64,000 bases of DNA from an uncultured Planctomycetaceae bacterium. GTDB taxonomy: Bacteria; Planctomycetota; Planctomycetia; Planctomycetales; Planctomycetaceae. The translations under genes and the position numbers were made by a program. Where the stretch lies: assembly GCA_963815195.1 (NCBI GenBank), contig CAWFGE010000022.1:192001-256000 (forward strand). Direction: 5' to 3'. Shown here piece by piece: positions 21,811 to 33,296 of the stretch. The notes below the pieces were generated by a model. It was not told the origin of the DNA and did no database searches. It saw nothing but the letters and a program-made list of their open reading frames with translations. The stretch's first letter is position 1. Every line of letters starts with the position of its first letter.

Positions 21811-22058
21811 TCCTGCAACTCCGCGATTGATGAGGCCCCTCGAAAGGCAGCGCCCGCTCCGTCGTCGGCGTATGTTTTCATCTCAATCAGGCTCTTCGTC
21901 GTCCTCTTTGGCCGGACGCCGCTATCGAGAATATCTCACCTATTCCCCCAGGACAAGCGGAACGGCCGGCTCGGGCTTCCGTCGGCTGGCATGCCGGGCG
22001 TTCTCCGCGTATGGTAGAAGGACAATCGCGATTTTCACAAATAATCAAAGGAGCCAAC

Positions 22059-23090
22059 ATGAGCAAACTTGGACACTGCGGATTGGGGAGCTTTCTGGTG
22101 ATATTGGCCTTCGCAGGAATACTAAACGCCGAGGAAAACTGGGTTCGCTACGAAGGCCAGGCCGGCCCGGGCCGGGGCAAGCACATCGTCCTGGTCGCGG
22201 GCGACGAAGAATATCGCTCGGAAGAGGCCCTGCCGCAGTTGGGAAAAATCCTGGCGAAGCACCACGGATTCACCTGCACGGTGCTGTTTCCCATCGACAA
22301 AAAAGACGGCACGATCAACCCCAACCAGAACGACAACATCCCCGGCCTCGAAGCCCTCAAGGACGCGGACCTGCTGATCCTGTTCACCCGCTTCCGCAAC
22401 CTGCCGCCGGACCAGATGAAATACCTGGTGGATTATATCGAATCGGGCCGGCCGATCATCGGGCTCCGCACGGCGACGCACGCCTTCAACATCCCCGCGG
22501 GCGAACCCTACGACGAATACAGTTGGCGGAGCAAGGAAGAGGATTGGGACGGCGGTTTCGGCCGGAAGGTGCTGGGCGAGACCTGGCGGACCCACCACGG
22601 GCAGCACGGCCGCCAAAGCACGCGCGGCCTGATCGCCCCCGGCGAAGCGGCGCATCCGATTTTGAAAGGCATCAAAGACGGCGACATCTGGGGGCCCACG
22701 GATGTCTATGGCGTGCGACTGCCGCTCCCGGGCGACAGCAAGCCCCTCGTCTTAGGCCAGGTCCTCAGCGGAATGAAGCCCGCCGACGCCCCCGTGGAGG
22801 GTCCGCAGAACAAACCCATGATGCCCGTGGCCTGGGTCAAAAGCTATAAGACCGAATCGGGCAAAACCGCCCGCGTGTTCGCCACCACGATGGGGGCCTC
22901 GCAGGACCTTCTCAGCCCGGGACTCCGCCGGCTGTTGGTGAATGCCGTCTCTTGGTGCCTGGGCATGGAAGACCAGATCACCCCGAACTTGAACGTGGAC
23001 GTGGTCGGCGATTACAAGCCCACGCCCTTCGGCTTCAACAAATACCAAAAAGGCCTGAAGCCCTCCGTTCACGCGTGGAAGGCGGAGTAA
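22059..23090 (+). CDS. Secreted ThuA-like domain protein
   Basis: Signal peptide; AGDEEYRSEE, GLRTATHAF, RVFATTMG; GGAG RBS. Confidence 0.8.
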   Translation: MSKLGHCGLGSFLVILAFAGILNAEENWVRYEGQAGPGRGKHIVLVAGDEEYRSEEALPQLGKILAKHHGFTCTVLFPIDKKDGTINPNQNDNIPGLEALKDADLLILFTRFRNLPPDQMKYLVDYIESGRPIIGLRTATHAFNIPAGEPYDEYSWRSKEEDWDGGFGRKVLGETWRTHHGQHGRQSTRGLIAPGEAAHPILKGIKDGDIWGPTDVYGVRLPLPGDSKPLVLGQVLSGMKPADAPVEGPQNKPMMPVAWVKSYKTESGKTARVFATTMGASQDLLSPGLRRLLVNAVSWCLGMEDQITPNLNVDVVGDYKPTPFGFNKYQKGLKPSVHAWKAE

Positions 23091-23182
23091 TCGCCTTGAC
23101 GGTTCCTGAGGATGGAGGTTAGAGGATGGAGGTTAGGTTAGACTTTTAGAACCTATCCGCGAAAACCTAATTCATTCTCCCT

Positions 23183-23266
23183 ATTAGCCCGAAGCGCAAG
23201 TTTTGAAGTTGCGCCTCGGCAGCCGCGAAGCGGCGACAGCATATAGCTGCGGGCGTCAGCCCGCAG
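23183..23266. repeat. Composite REP-like repeats (partial family F plus family C)
   Basis: TTAGCCCGAAGCGCAAG (as at 42770) and AGCCGCGAAGCGGCGACAGCATATAGCTGCGGGCGTCAGCCCGCAG (as at 24644-24871). Confidence 0.8.
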
Positions 23267-23287
23267 ATCCCCGTGGCGGTCACAGAA

Positions 23288-24520
23288 CTAGCCGCCGAAG
23301 TCGTCGAAGGCGATGTTTTCGGGTTCCACGCCCAAGTCGTCCAGCATCTTTAACACCGCTTGCAACATCAAAGGCGGGCCGCAGATGTAGTATTCGATGT
23401 CTTCCGGCGCGGGGTGCTCCTTCAAATAGTTCTCCAAGAGCACCTGATGAATAAACCCTTGATAGCCGGTCCAATTGTCTTCCGGCAGCGGTTCGGAAAG
23501 GGCGATGTTGAACTTAAAGTTCGGGAAGTCTTTTTCGATGGCCCGGAACTCATCGACATAGAACAATTCCCGCGAAGACCGGCCGCCGTACCAGTAGGAC
23601 ACTTTGCGGTTCGTCTTCTTTTCCTTGAAGAGTTCAAAGATATGCGATCGGAGCGGAGCCATGCCGGCCCCGCCGCCGATGTAAACCATCTCGGCGTCGG
23701 TCTCTTTAATAAAGAACTCCCCGTAAGGGCCGGAGATGGTGCACTTGTCGCCGGGCTTTAGGTCGAAGATATAGGACGAGACTTTTCCCGGCGGCGTGCC
23801 TTCGGGAGCGCGGGGCGGCGGCGTGGCGACCCGCACGTTGAGCATGATGATGCCTTGCTCGCCGGGATAGTTCGCCATCGAATACGCCCGGAACACGGGT
23901 TCTTTGACGATCGACTTGAACCGCCAAAGGTTGTACTTGTCCCAGTCCTCGTGGAAGCGTTCTTCGATGTCGAAGTTCTTATACTCCAGTTCGTGGGGCG
24001 GGACTTCGATTTGAATAAAACCGCCCGGCTTGAAGTTCACACCATCACCTTCAGGCAGTTCCAAAACGAGTTCCTTGATGAACGTCGCCACGTTGCCGTT
24101 GGAGCGGACGGTGCAGTTCCAACGCTTGGTTTCCAAGGCTTCTTCGGGGACTTCGATCTTCATGTCCTGCTTGACGGCGACCTGGCAGGAGAGGCGGTAG
24201 CCTTCGCGGGCATCGCGCTTGTTGATGTGGGTCCGCTCGGTGGGCAGGATGTCCCCGCCGCCTTCAAACACCTGGACTTTACACTGTGCGCAGGTCCCGC
24301 CGCCGCCACAGGCGGAGGACACGAAGATCTGATGATCCGCCAAGGCACCGAGCAATTTCCCACCCGCGGGCACGGACAACGTCTTTTGCTCATTGATGAC
24401 AAGCTGCACGTTCCCCGACGCGACGAGTTTCGATTTCGCGGCCAGAATCACGGCTACGAGAATCAATACCACGGCAGTAAACATGCCGACGCCTAAACCG
24501 ATTTCCGTCAATGCTTCCAT
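23288..24520 (-). CDS. nqrF: Na+-translocating NADH:quinone reductase subunit F
   Basis: [12 protein letters not shown] 2Fe-2[29 protein letters not shown]. Confidence 0.97.
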   Translation of the reverse strand: MEALTEIGLGVGMFTAVVLILVAVILAAKSKLVASGNVQLVINEQKTLSVPAGGKLLGALADHQIFVSSACGGGGTCAQCKVQVFEGGGDILPTERTHINKRDAREGYRLSCQVAVKQDMKIEVPEEALETKRWNCTVRSNGNVATFIKELVLELPEGDGVNFKPGGFIQIEVPPHELEYKNFDIEERFHEDWDKYNLWRFKSIVKEPVFRAYSMANYPGEQGIIMLNVRVATPPPRAPEGTPPGKVSSYIFDLKPGDKCTISGPYGEFFIKETDAEMVYIGGGAGMAPLRSHIFELFKEKKTNRKVSYWYGGRSSRELFYVDEFRAIEKDFPNFKFNIALSEPLPEDNWTGYQGFIHQVLLENYLKEHPAPEDIEYYICGPPLMLQAVLKMLDDLGVEPENIAFDDFGG

Positions 24521-24643
24521 AGGGGCTTAATGCCTCTTATTGCGAATTTGAGAATAGTCGACAGGGAGAGTCATTTGGAATCGCTCGAGAAAAAATCGTC
24601 TCGAATTCCTACTAACCGGCCAGTGAAGTTTTCGGCCCTGCCT

Positions 24644-24871
24644 TAGCCGCGTAGCGGCGACAGCATATAGCTGCCGGCGTAAGCCGGCAGATTCGGGGTC
24701 CAAAATCCGAAAAGCCGCGAAGCGGCGACAGCAATTGCATCAACCCAGCGATGGGTAAAGTCGCGCCGACTTACTCATCCGTTGCTAGTGCCGCTTCGCG
24801 GCTTCCGATCTTTTCTTATTCTGACTCTGCGGGCTGACGCCCGCAGCTATATGCTGCTGCCGCCTCGCGGC
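24644..24871. repeat. Large nested inverted repeat of REP family C between nqrE and nqrF
   Basis: AGCCGCGTAGCGGCGACAGCATATAGCTGCC... pairs with ...GCAGCTATATGCTGCTGCCGCCTCGCGGC; inner AGCCGCGAAGCGGC / GCCGCTTCGCGGCT. Confidence 0.85.
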
Positions 24872-24899
24872 GAACGCATATCCGCTAACTGCTAACGGT

Positions 24900-25496
24900 T
24901 TACAATTTAATGCCCGAAAAGGCCATAAAGGCCATGGCCATCAGGCCGACGGTAATAAAGGTGATGCCCAGCCCGCGGAGACCGGGTGGGACATCGCTGT
25001 ATTTGAGTTTTTCGCGAACGCCCGCCAGGGCCGCGATCGCCAAGGCCCAGCCCAAGCCGGAGCCGAACCCGAACACCACGCTTTCCGGGAAGTTATAATC
25101 CCGCTCGACCATAAACAACGTGCCGCCCAAAATGGCGCAATTCACGGTGATCAAAGGCAGAAAGATGCCCAGGGCCGAGTGCAGCGCGGGGACGAACCGG
25201 TCCAGGGCCATTTCCAAAATCTGCACCATGGCCGCGATCACGCCGATGTAGGAAATGAGGCCGAGAAACCGCAGGTCCACGCCTTGGACGATGGAGCCTT
25301 GCTTTAAGACGTGCTGAAACAGCAGATTATTCACGGGCACGGTGATGGCTTGGATGACGACCACGGCCGCCCCCAGGCCCAGTGCGGTTTTGACGTTTTT
25401 GGAGACCGCCAGAAAGGTGCACATCCCCAGGAAAAACGCGAGCGCCAGGTTTTCGACGAACACGGATTTGACGAACAGGCTGAGATAATGTTCCAT
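24900..25496 (-). CDS. nqrE: Na+-NQR subunit E
   Basis: [42 protein letters not shown]. Confidence 0.97.
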   Translation of the reverse strand: MEHYLSLFVKSVFVENLALAFFLGMCTFLAVSKNVKTALGLGAAVVVIQAITVPVNNLLFQHVLKQGSIVQGVDLRFLGLISYIGVIAAMVQILEMALDRFVPALHSALGIFLPLITVNCAILGGTLFMVERDYNFPESVVFGFGSGLGWALAIAALAGVREKLKYSDVPPGLRGLGITFITVGLMAMAFMAFSGIKL

Positions 25497-25500
25497 GAGA

Positions 25501-26127
25501 CTAGGTCTCCTCAATTTGCTCGGGCCGCAAGGTGCGGATGAGCCAAATGGTCAGGCCGATGATAAAAAACGCGCTCGGCGGCAAGAGCATCAATCCGTTG
25601 GGGACGTACCAGCCGCCGTCGGTCTCGGCTTGTAGGATCGACACGCCAAACAGCGACCCGGATCCGAAGAACTCGCGGAGCGTTCCCACGAGCACCAGGA
25701 TGAAGGTGTAGCCCAGGCCGTTGCCGATGCCGTCCAGAAAGCTGAGCTTGGGGCCATTCTTCATCGCGAAGCCTTCCGCCCGGCCCATTACAATGCAGTT
25801 GGTGATAATCAACCCCACGAACACCGAGAGCTTCTGACTGACGCCGAAGGCGAACGCCTGCAGGATCTGATCGACGACGATCACCAAGGACGCGATGATC
25901 GTCATCTGCACGATGATGCGGATGCTGGTGGGAATTTCTTTGCGGATGAACGAGACCGACGCGCTCGAGAATGCCGTCACCAACGTCACCGCCACGGCCA
26001 TCACAAGGGTCGGAACGAGCTGCGTGGTCACCGCGAGCGCCGAGCAAATCCCCAGCACCTGCAGCGCAATAGGATTGTTGGCGAAGATGGGGTTCAGTAA
26101 GACTTCTTGGGCTTTGGATTTTGCCAT
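25501..26127 (-). CDS. nqrD: Na+-NQR subunit D
   Basis: [33 protein letters not shown]. Confidence 0.97.
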   Translation of the reverse strand: MAKSKAQEVLLNPIFANNPIALQVLGICSALAVTTQLVPTLVMAVAVTLVTAFSSASVSFIRKEIPTSIRIIVQMTIIASLVIVVDQILQAFAFGVSQKLSVFVGLIITNCIVMGRAEGFAMKNGPKLSFLDGIGNGLGYTFILVLVGTLREFFGSGSLFGVSILQAETDGGWYVPNGLMLLPPSAFFIIGLTIWLIRTLRPEQIEET

Positions 26128-26194
26128 TTCGACCTCCCTTCGGGGGAAGTTGTTGGACGAATGATTGTCGCTCGAACGGCCCGCACAGCGGACC

Positions 26195-27004
26195 CTACTC
26201 TTGGCTGTAGTTTTTGAGGAACGGGCGGAAGCCTTTTTCGCCGAACCAGAACTGCATCATGTTGGTGACGCCGTTGCTGGTGATCGTCGCTCCCGACAGG
26301 GCATCGACATCGTATTCGCCGTGCGCTCCGCCTTTGGTGACTTCAATCTGTACGTTCCAGTTGGAATCGTAAACGTGTTTCCCGGGCCATTTGGCGCGCC
26401 AGTTGGGGTTGTCCACTTCGCCGCCGAGGCCCGGGGTTTCTTTTTGCTCGTAGTATTTGAGTCCCTTGATGGTGAGGTACTGCGGGCCTTTTTTCAGGCT
26501 CTGGGCGTCGATCGCGACAAAGCCCCACAGCGTGGACCACAGGCCATACCCGCGAATGGGCAGAACCATCTGCGTCACCGTATCGCCGTCTTTCACCAGA
26601 TAGACGTAGGAGTAGTTTTCCCGCCGTTTGATGCTGGCGACGTCTTCGGATTGGGCGACTTCATAGCTGATGTCCGGAGCGTTGGACGCCTGCGCCTGAT
26701 CGTAATCCGTGATCTTTTTGATGTTCAGGATTTTCTGGGCTTCCTCTTCGGTGAGAAATGTGCCCTTGTCCAAATCGACGATCTTCGGGGTCACGCGCTC
26801 GAACAGCTGGTCCACATCGGCGGCGGTGTTTTTATTGGGATCGTAAAGTCCCGCGGCGATGAGGATGTTTTTCTGGCGGTCCCGGCGTTTGTTTTTTTCC
26901 TGAAACGAGCGCAACCCCACCGCCGAGGCCGAGACGAGCAGCGAACACACCAGGCACAACAGCACCGCTACTAAGAATGTATGCTTTACCGAGTCACGCG
27001 GCAT
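26195..27004 (-). CDS. nqrC: Na+-NQR subunit C
   Basis: [24 protein letters not shown] flavinylation motif. Confidence 0.96.
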   Translation of the reverse strand: MPRDSVKHTFLVAVLLCLVCSLLVSASAVGLRSFQEKNKRRDRQKNILIAAGLYDPNKNTAADVDQLFERVTPKIVDLDKGTFLTEEEAQKILNIKKITDYDQAQASNAPDISYEVAQSEDVASIKRRENYSYVYLVKDGDTVTQMVLPIRGYGLWSTLWGFVAIDAQSLKKGPQYLTIKGLKYYEQKETPGLGGEVDNPNWRAKWPGKHVYDSNWNVQIEVTKGGAHGEYDVDALSGATITSNGVTNMMQFWFGEKGFRPFLKNYSQE

Positions 27005-28544
27005 TTCGGGCCAACCTTCGTTTGATATTTGCCTGAACCACGAAATAGTCGATCAACGGGGCGAACACGTTCCCGAACAAGATGGCGAGCATCACGCCTT
27101 CAGGGAACGCGGGGTTTACGACGCGGACGAGGATCGTCATCACCCCGATCAACCCGCCGAACCACCACTTGCCGGTCTCGGTCATCGATGCCGAGACGGG
27201 ATCGGTCGCCATGAACACCAGCCCGAACGCGAAGCTGCCGATGACGAGGTGATACCAGGGCGGCACGAGGAACATGGGATTCGTGGGGCTGCCGACCAAA
27301 AAGTAGAACAGCGACGAGAGGCCGACCGCTCCGATCAGCATGCCCGCCATGATCCGCCAGGACGCGATGCCCGTGGCGATGAGCAGCACCGCCCCCAGAA
27401 TGCACGCGAGTTCGGAGGTCTCGCCCATCGAGCCCGGCGTGTAACCGAGAAACGCTTGCATCCAGGACACGTTGAGGGCCTGAATGCCCTCGTTGACGTT
27501 GGCGGTGGCCATCACGCCCAGGGAAGTCGCTCCGCTGAAACCGTCGACGTGGACCGCGGTCCAAATCCCTTCGCCGGTGCTCTGGGCCGGGTACGCGAAG
27601 TACAAAAACGCACGGGCGGTGAGGGCGGGGTTTAAAAAGTTTCGCCCGGTTCCGCCGAAGATTTCCTTGCCGATGACCACGCCGAAACTGATCCCGAGCG
27701 CCACCTGCCACAGCGGAATCGTCGGAGGCAGCGTGAGCGGGAACAAGAGGCCCGTCACCAGAAAGCCTTCGTTGATTTCATGTCCGCGAACGACGGCGAA
27801 CACGGTTTCCCACAAGCCGCCCACGATCATGCACACCAGATACGCGGGCAGAAAGAACAAGCCCCCGAAGACCACGTTGGACCAGAAGCGATTTGGATCA
27901 AAATCCAGGCCCAGCCCTTCCACAACCTCGCCCCGCCAACCGGGATGATAACCGATGGCGGAAAGCTCGACGCCGGTGGCATCGCTGGCTTTGGAAAGCC
28001 CGGATTTCACGGACTTTTCGATGTCCGGAGCGAGTTGCTTTTTGTATTTTTGAAAGAGGTCCTGCTCGATTTCCGCCTGGGTTTCGTTGCCGGCTTGTAA
28101 GCGGTTTTTGATGGTCGTCTGGGCCGCGTTGGAGGCCATCTCCGCCCGGGCCCGCTTTTTGACGAGGGCGCTCACAATATCGGCGGCGCTGTCATCCAGG
28201 GGCCGGCCGATCGACGACTGCAACACTGTGCCGATCTCCGCGGACTGAATCACGCCTTCGCCGACCAGCCGCTCGGCGACTTTGCGGTTGTGGATCGTGA
28301 TGTTGGCCTGATAGCCAGTGTTCCAAAACGCCATGTACACGCAGGGGATCAAGGCGATGCACACGGTGATCATGATCCGCTTCATGTCCATGCCGTCGCG
28401 GACGTGCGACGCGTTCGCCGTCACCGTGCCGGGGGTATAGAGGAACGTGTCCATCGCTTCGTAAAGCGGATAGAAGCGTTCGTATTTCCCGCCTTTGGCG
28501 AAGGCGGGATGAATGCGATCGAGAAGTCGGCGTAAGGGGTTCAT
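26994..28544 (-). CDS. nqrB: Na+-NQR subunit B with ~100-aa insertion
   Basis: [50 protein letters not shown]. Confidence 0.96.
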   Translation of the reverse strand: MNPLRRLLDRIHPAFAKGGKYERFYPLYEAMDTFLYTPGTVTANASHVRDGMDMKRIMITVCIALIPCVYMAFWNTGYQANITIHNRKVAERLVGEGVIQSAEIGTVLQSSIGRPLDDSAADIVSALVKKRARAEMASNAAQTTIKNRLQAGNETQAEIEQDLFQKYKKQLAPDIEKSVKSGLSKASDATGVELSAIGYHPGWRGEVVEGLGLDFDPNRFWSNVVFGGLFFLPAYLVCMIVGGLWETVFAVVRGHEINEGFLVTGLLFPLTLPPTIPLWQVALGISFGVVIGKEIFGGTGRNFLNPALTARAFLYFAYPAQSTGEGIWTAVHVDGFSGATSLGVMATANVNEGIQALNVSWMQAFLGYTPGSMGETSELACILGAVLLIATGIASWRIMAGMLIGAVGLSSLFYFLVGSPTNPMFLVPPWYHLVIGSFAFGLVFMATDPVSASMTETGKWWFGGLIGVMTILVRVVNPAFPEGVMLAILFGNVFAPLIDYFVVQANIKRRLARNAA

Positions 28545-28585
28545 TCTGTGTTCGTTTTTCTGTTTGCCCAAGGCGGACCCTGCTC

Positions 28586-28744
28586 AAATCCGAAATCCGA
28601 ATCTCGAAATCCGAAACAAATTCCAATGCTCGAAATTCCAATCTTCAAACCCTGGGGATTAAAGACATTTCTATGATTTGAGACGGCATTCGTTTGGGAC
28701 ATTTTGGATTTGATTATTTGAATTTGTTTCGGATTTCGGATTTC
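28586..28744. repeat. Long imperfect hairpin built from GAAATCC-type heptamers between nqrA and nqrB
   Basis: AAATCCGAAATCCGAATCTCGAAATCCGAAACAAATTCC ... GAATTTGTTTCGGATTTCGGATTTC. Confidence 0.85.
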
Positions 28745-28764
28745 CACCCAGGTCGCACGGTCGG

Positions 28765-30111
28765 TTAGCCTTCGATTTCGATTGTTTTCAATGTCTTGCG
28801 GAGCAACGGGGCGTATTCGTATTTGCCGGGGCAAACATAGGTGCACAGGGCCACGTCTTCTTCGTCGAGTTCCAGGCAGCCCAGGGCCTGGGCGAGTTCT
28901 GTGTCTTCGACGATCAAGGCCCTGAGGAGTTGTGTGGGCAGGATGTCCAGGGGCATGACCTGCTCGTAACTGCCCACCGGGACCATCGCCCGCTCGCTTC
29001 CGCCCAGCGAAGTCGTGAGCGCGAATTTCCGCCCCCGCCCGAAAAACGCCGACGCAAACAGCCGCGTCGTGGAATACGTTTCAAACCCCGGTTTCTGCCA
29101 ACCCAGAAATTCCCGCTGCCGGCCTTCTTCCAGAGCCGAGACCTGCAAGTGATATCGGCCCAAAAAGTGGAACGGCTGCGTGACTTTCCGGCCGGACAAG
29201 ACCGAACCGGAGATCAAACGGGTGTCGCCCGCGGAGAGTTCGCCTCCCGTCAATTCCAGAAGATTCGCCCCCAACCGCGTGCGGAGCAACCGCGGCCGCT
29301 GGACGACCGGGCCGGCGAGCGAAATCACCCGCTCTTCCGAGAGCTTGCCCGTGACAAACAGCTTGCCGATGGCGATCAGGTCTTGATAATTCAGCCACCA
29401 CACCGTTTTATTCAGGCTGACCGGATCGAGAAAATGAATGTGCGTGCCCGCCAGTCCCGCGGGATGCGGCCCCGCGAACTCCGCCGTCTCGACGAAACCC
29501 ATCTCCGATCCGGGAATGTTCGCTCCCGGAGCCTTGCTCAAAAACACCTTGCCGTCCGTCAAGTGCCTTATGACCTGGAGCCCGTAAATAAAAGGCAATT
29601 CGTTCTCGGCGATGATGACTTCGGGATCGGCCGCGAGCGGGTTGGTGTCGATCGCGGTGACGAAAATTGAATGCGGCACCGCGCCGGGTGCCGGCACCTG
29701 ACTGAACGGGCGAGTGCGGATCGCGGTCCACAGCCCGGATTTTACCAGATTGTCCCGCACCTGTTCGCGCGAAAGCCCCGTCAGATCCGAATCGTAAAAG
29801 GATTGAAACTCCTCTTCCTCGTCGCCTGCCAATTCAATGACGACGGACTGAAAGGTCCGCTTGGCTCCGCGGTTGATCGCAGCCACTTTGCCCGCGCCGG
29901 GGGCGGTGTACTGGACGCCCGGCGTCTTTTTGTCCAAAAACAGCGCCTGCCCCTTTTTGACACGGTCGCCTTCCGAAACCGCCATCGTGGGCTTCATGCC
30001 AATGTAATCGGGAGCCAGGACCGCGACGGTCCCGACCGGGCGGGCCTCATCGATGGATTGCTTCGGTTCCCCTTCGAGGGGCAGATCCAAACCGCGGGTA
30101 ATTTTAATCAT
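28765..30111 (-). CDS. nqrA: Na+-NQR subunit A
   Basis: [52 protein letters not shown]. Confidence 0.97.
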   Translation of the reverse strand: MIKITRGLDLPLEGEPKQSIDEARPVGTVAVLAPDYIGMKPTMAVSEGDRVKKGQALFLDKKTPGVQYTAPGAGKVAAINRGAKRTFQSVVIELAGDEEEEFQSFYDSDLTGLSREQVRDNLVKSGLWTAIRTRPFSQVPAPGAVPHSIFVTAIDTNPLAADPEVIIAENELPFIYGLQVIRHLTDGKVFLSKAPGANIPGSEMGFVETAEFAGPHPAGLAGTHIHFLDPVSLNKTVWWLNYQDLIAIGKLFVTGKLSEERVISLAGPVVQRPRLLRTRLGANLLELTGGELSAGDTRLISGSVLSGRKVTQPFHFLGRYHLQVSALEEGRQREFLGWQKPGFETYSTTRLFASAFFGRGRKFALTTSLGGSERAMVPVGSYEQVMPLDILPTQLLRALIVEDTELAQALGCLELDEEDVALCTYVCPGKYEYAPLLRKTLKTIEIEG

Positions 30112-30355
30112 CGGGCAGAACGAGTTCTGAAAATCGGTTGGCAACCCGAAGGTTGTATCAGGTAGGGATTTATGGTCTCCGCTCGCTCAGCGAACGGTGC
30201 AGGCGGGGCGGCACGCCCCGAGCCACGGAGGGCGTGGTCTTCGCACGTTCCTGAGAACTCGGGCCGATCACGGACGTTAAGGCGGAATCCGAGCGGCGAA
30301 TTTCTCTGTCTCCCGGTATCTTATAGATTTGGGCGGGTTTTTGAAGGGATGAAAG

Positions 30356-30373
30356 CCTGCGAAATTTCGCAGG
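30356..30373. promoter_or_regulatory. Perfect 18-bp palindrome upstream of nqrA, candidate operator
   Basis: CCTGCGAAATTTCGCAGG is its own reverse complement. Confidence 0.4.
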
Positions 30374-30665
30374 TATCGGTTCGGCTTGTGCAAGTTTTTG
30401 CATACCCGGATTTTTCTGAAGATCCCCGGAGCGGCGACATCTGGCCGCCAAAGCGAGCGTTCAGGTTCGTTCCCGAACCCCCATCATCTCACAGACATGT
30501 TTTGGATTGGATTGGACTGGCAATAAATGCCTGTATGATCTTTACGCCCTGTTTCGCCAGGCGTGAAACCTCTCGCAAAGATTCCGCCGTTCCATCATAA
30601 ACGCAGTGGTCCATCGGATGGCCTTCCAAGGAAGACGCGCGCACGACAAATCGTGGTTTGGGCCC

Positions 30666-32468
30666 TCAGACTTTCTTTTTGGGCGGGCGGTACATGTGGG
30701 TCGCCTGTCCGAACGCGGCTTCCGCGGATTCCATAATCGTCTCCGACAGCGTGGGGTGCGCGTGGATCGTCTCGGCCACGTCGCGGGCCACCGCCGCCAT
30801 CTCCACGGCCAGAACGCCCTCGGCAATCAGTTCCCCCGCGCCCGGGCCGACGATGCCCATGCCCAGCACCCGCTCGGTGTCGGGATCGACGATCAGCTTG
30901 GTCAGTCCTTCAGGCCGGTCGATCGTTTGAGCCCGGCCGGAGGCGCCCCAGGGAAACCGCGTGACTTGCACACTTCGCCCCTGCTCCTTGGCTTCGTTTT
31001 CCGTCAATCCGCACCAGGCCACTTCCGGGTCGGTGAACACCACTGCCGGGATCGCCACGTTGTCGAACTCCGCCGGCTCGCCCGCGAGCGCTTCCACCGC
31101 GACTCGGCCTTCCCGCGTGGCTTTATGGGCCAGCATCGGCTCACCCGCCACGTCGCCGACGGCGAGCAAATTCGGATCGGTCGTCTGCCGTTTGCGGTTG
31201 ACCTTGATAAACCCTTTCTCATCCACCTCCACCTGCGTATTTTCCAGCCCAAACCCTTTCGAATTGGGCCGGCGGCCGATGGCGATCAACACCCGGTCGA
31301 AGGTTTGCTCCGCCGGGGCTTCTTCGCCTTTCATCTTGGCGACGATCCCCTTTTCCGTCGCTTCGAGCGATTGGATTTTCGTCTTGAGATAGATCGCCTC
31401 GAACTGGTCTTTCAATCTTTGATGCAGCGGCCGGACCAGATCGCGATCCGCACCGGGCAAGAGGCCCGAGAGCATTTCCACGACGGTGACTTTCGATCCG
31501 AGGGCCGCGTACACGCTGCCCATTTCCAGCCCGATGTATCCGCCGCCCACGACCAACAGCGTTTTGGGGATCTCCGGCAGGTTCAAGGCTCCGGTGGAGT
31601 CCATCACCCGTTCGTCGCCGATGTCAAACACCTGAGGCATCGCGGGCGAAGAGCCGGTGGCGATGATCGCTTTGTCAAACTTGAGTTCCTGAGTGCCGCC
31701 GTCGTGGAGTTTCACGCTCAAGGTGTTGGAGTCGACGAAGCTGCCCCGGCCGCGGAGCATGGTCACGCCCCGCATTTTGCCGAGCTGCTCGATGCCGCCG
31801 GTGAGCTTTTCCACGACGCCGGATTTGAAGGAGCGGAGCTTGTCGAGATCGATCCGCGGTTCGCCGTAGGAAATCCCCCACGCGGAGGCTTCGCGGGCTT
31901 CGTGAATCAGCTTGGCCACATGGAGCAAGGCTTTGGACGGAATGCAGCCGCGGTGCAAACACACGCCGCCGGGTTTGATTTCGGCATCGACGAGCGTGAC
32001 GTCCATGCCGTGGTCCGCCGCCTCGAACGCCGCCGGGTAACCGCCCGGTCCGCCGCCCAAGACCACCAACTTCAGCGGCTTGCCGTTGGAAGGTTTTCCT
32101 CCCGCAGGCTTGGCCGGCTGGGTTTCCTGTTGTTTAGCGGGCTGCGGTTTCGGTTTTTCCTCGGCTTGTTGTTTCTCCTTGGCCTGGGGCGGATTTTGTT
32201 GTTGGTGCGGTTTTTCTTCGCCAGCTTCGGAGGTCTCGGTGATCGTCAACAGCACCTGGCCGATCTCCACCGTATCGCCGGGCGAGACGTGAATCTTCTC
32301 CACGCGGCCGGCGTGCGGGCAGGGCAATTCCACGACGGCCTTTTCCGTCTCCAATTCCATCACGTTCTGGCCCTTCGTGATGGTATCGCCCTCGGAAACC
32401 AGGACCTCCGCCACATCCGCGGATTCCACGCCTTCGGAAACTTCCGGCAGTTTGAACTCGATAGACAT
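30666..32468 (-). CDS. lpdA: Dihydrolipoamide dehydrogenase with N-terminal lipoyl domain
   Basis: ETEKAVVE lipoyl domain, [27 protein letters not shown]. Confidence 0.96.
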   Translation of the reverse strand: MSIEFKLPEVSEGVESADVAEVLVSEGDTITKGQNVMELETEKAVVELPCPHAGRVEKIHVSPGDTVEIGQVLLTITETSEAGEEKPHQQQNPPQAKEKQQAEEKPKPQPAKQQETQPAKPAGGKPSNGKPLKLVVLGGGPGGYPAAFEAADHGMDVTLVDAEIKPGGVCLHRGCIPSKALLHVAKLIHEAREASAWGISYGEPRIDLDKLRSFKSGVVEKLTGGIEQLGKMRGVTMLRGRGSFVDSNTLSVKLHDGGTQELKFDKAIIATGSSPAMPQVFDIGDERVMDSTGALNLPEIPKTLLVVGGGYIGLEMGSVYAALGSKVTVVEMLSGLLPGADRDLVRPLHQRLKDQFEAIYLKTKIQSLEATEKGIVAKMKGEEAPAEQTFDRVLIAIGRRPNSKGFGLENTQVEVDEKGFIKVNRKRQTTDPNLLAVGDVAGEPMLAHKATREGRVAVEALAGEPAEFDNVAIPAVVFTDPEVAWCGLTENEAKEQGRSVQVTRFPWGASGRAQTIDRPEGLTKLIVDPDTERVLGMGIVGPGAGELIAEGVLAVEMAAVARDVAETIHAHPTLSETIMESAEAAFGQATHMYRPPKKKV

Positions 32469-32604
32469 CAATTAGAAACTCTGATCTGAAGTAGAATCAT
32501 GACGAAACCAGTCCCACCGTTCCGCTTTCCCGGGAAAGGGCCATCTCGGAAACACGTAAAAAAAAAGAGGCCGTTTCCTTCAACAACTTTATTTGTACAG
32601 ATTC

Positions 32605-32726
32605 TTACGCCGAAGGCGTTGTACAATTCTGTCTAACGCCTTCGGCGTATTGTCTTGGTAAACCTCATTCACCCAGAGTGCGCTACGCGACTCTGGGCTT
32701 TGGAATGTAACCGCTTCGCGGTAAAA
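32605..32726. repeat. REP-like element, family E (TACGCCGAAGGCGT units)
   Basis: Several short hairpins; reverse-complement relative of 38220-38341. Confidence 0.8.
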
Positions 32727-32777
32727 ACCAAAGCGATTCGCGTTTCCGGCTTTCGTGTGAGCCTTAAGGCGACCGGC

Positions 32778-32921
32778 GGGGTGGCTGGGGCGCAAAGAAA
32801 TGTTCCAAGGAAATAGGAAATTGCGAGGCCTGGGGCCGTGTGAGATTTTTTTCGCCCGGCCACAGCCCCAGCATATGTAATTCAAGCCTTATTCAAAGGG
32901 GGATTTGCGCCCCAGCCACCC
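32778..32921. repeat. Inverted repeat pair (family I)
   Basis: GGGGTGGCTGGGGCGCAAA ... TTTGCGCCCCCAGCCACCC. Confidence 0.7.
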
Positions 32922-32953
32922 AAACGCTTACAGTTTGAGAACTTTATTAACTG

Positions 32954-33251
32954 TTACGGCTCTGGAATGCCGAGATCACGGCAGATCTTTCGTGCGAGGG
33001 GATCGGGAATCTCGGTGTGCCGGGGAACAGCGGAGCGGCGGTTATTGTCCGGATTGCCCCACCATGAATGCCGTCGGCCTTCCCGGACCAAGAGGCAGCC
33101 ATGCTGCCAAGGCGTCACGGAGGTTCTCCACGTGCCAATTCCTCCGCTCCGGGCAGTTCTGGCCTTGAGAGTTGACGCCGGGGACTTCTTCGACCCAACC
33201 GATCCACCATTCGCCGTGCTGCTGCACAACAGCCGTATAAGTCGCCGCCAT
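32954..33251 (-). pseudogene. Fused hicB'-'hicA toxin-antitoxin remnant
   Basis: HicB N-terminus (YTAVVQQHGEWWIGWVEEVPGVNSQG...ENLRDAL) runs into a start-less HicA C-terminus in another frame (QHGCLLVREGRRHSWW...AVPRHTEIPDPLARKICRDLGIP*). Confidence 0.85.
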
Positions 33252-33296
33252 GAAAACACTCCAAAAGAATTGAACGTTCTTACCTTAGCAAACGCT

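Noticed and set aside
23107..23142. Short tandem GAGGATGGAGGTTA x2
   Set aside because: Too short to assign a function; possibly a remnant of a short-repeat element.
9816..29156. GATATC avoidance as evidence for R-M activity
   Set aside because: Several sites are visible (9816, 11326, 19328, 29151) and a reliable count cannot be done by eye.
30606..32489. 627-aa plus-strand ORF (likewise 40658-42685, 55829-57523, 49833-51422, 17475-18752, 138-1019)
   Set aside because: Antisense shadows of well-supported genes.
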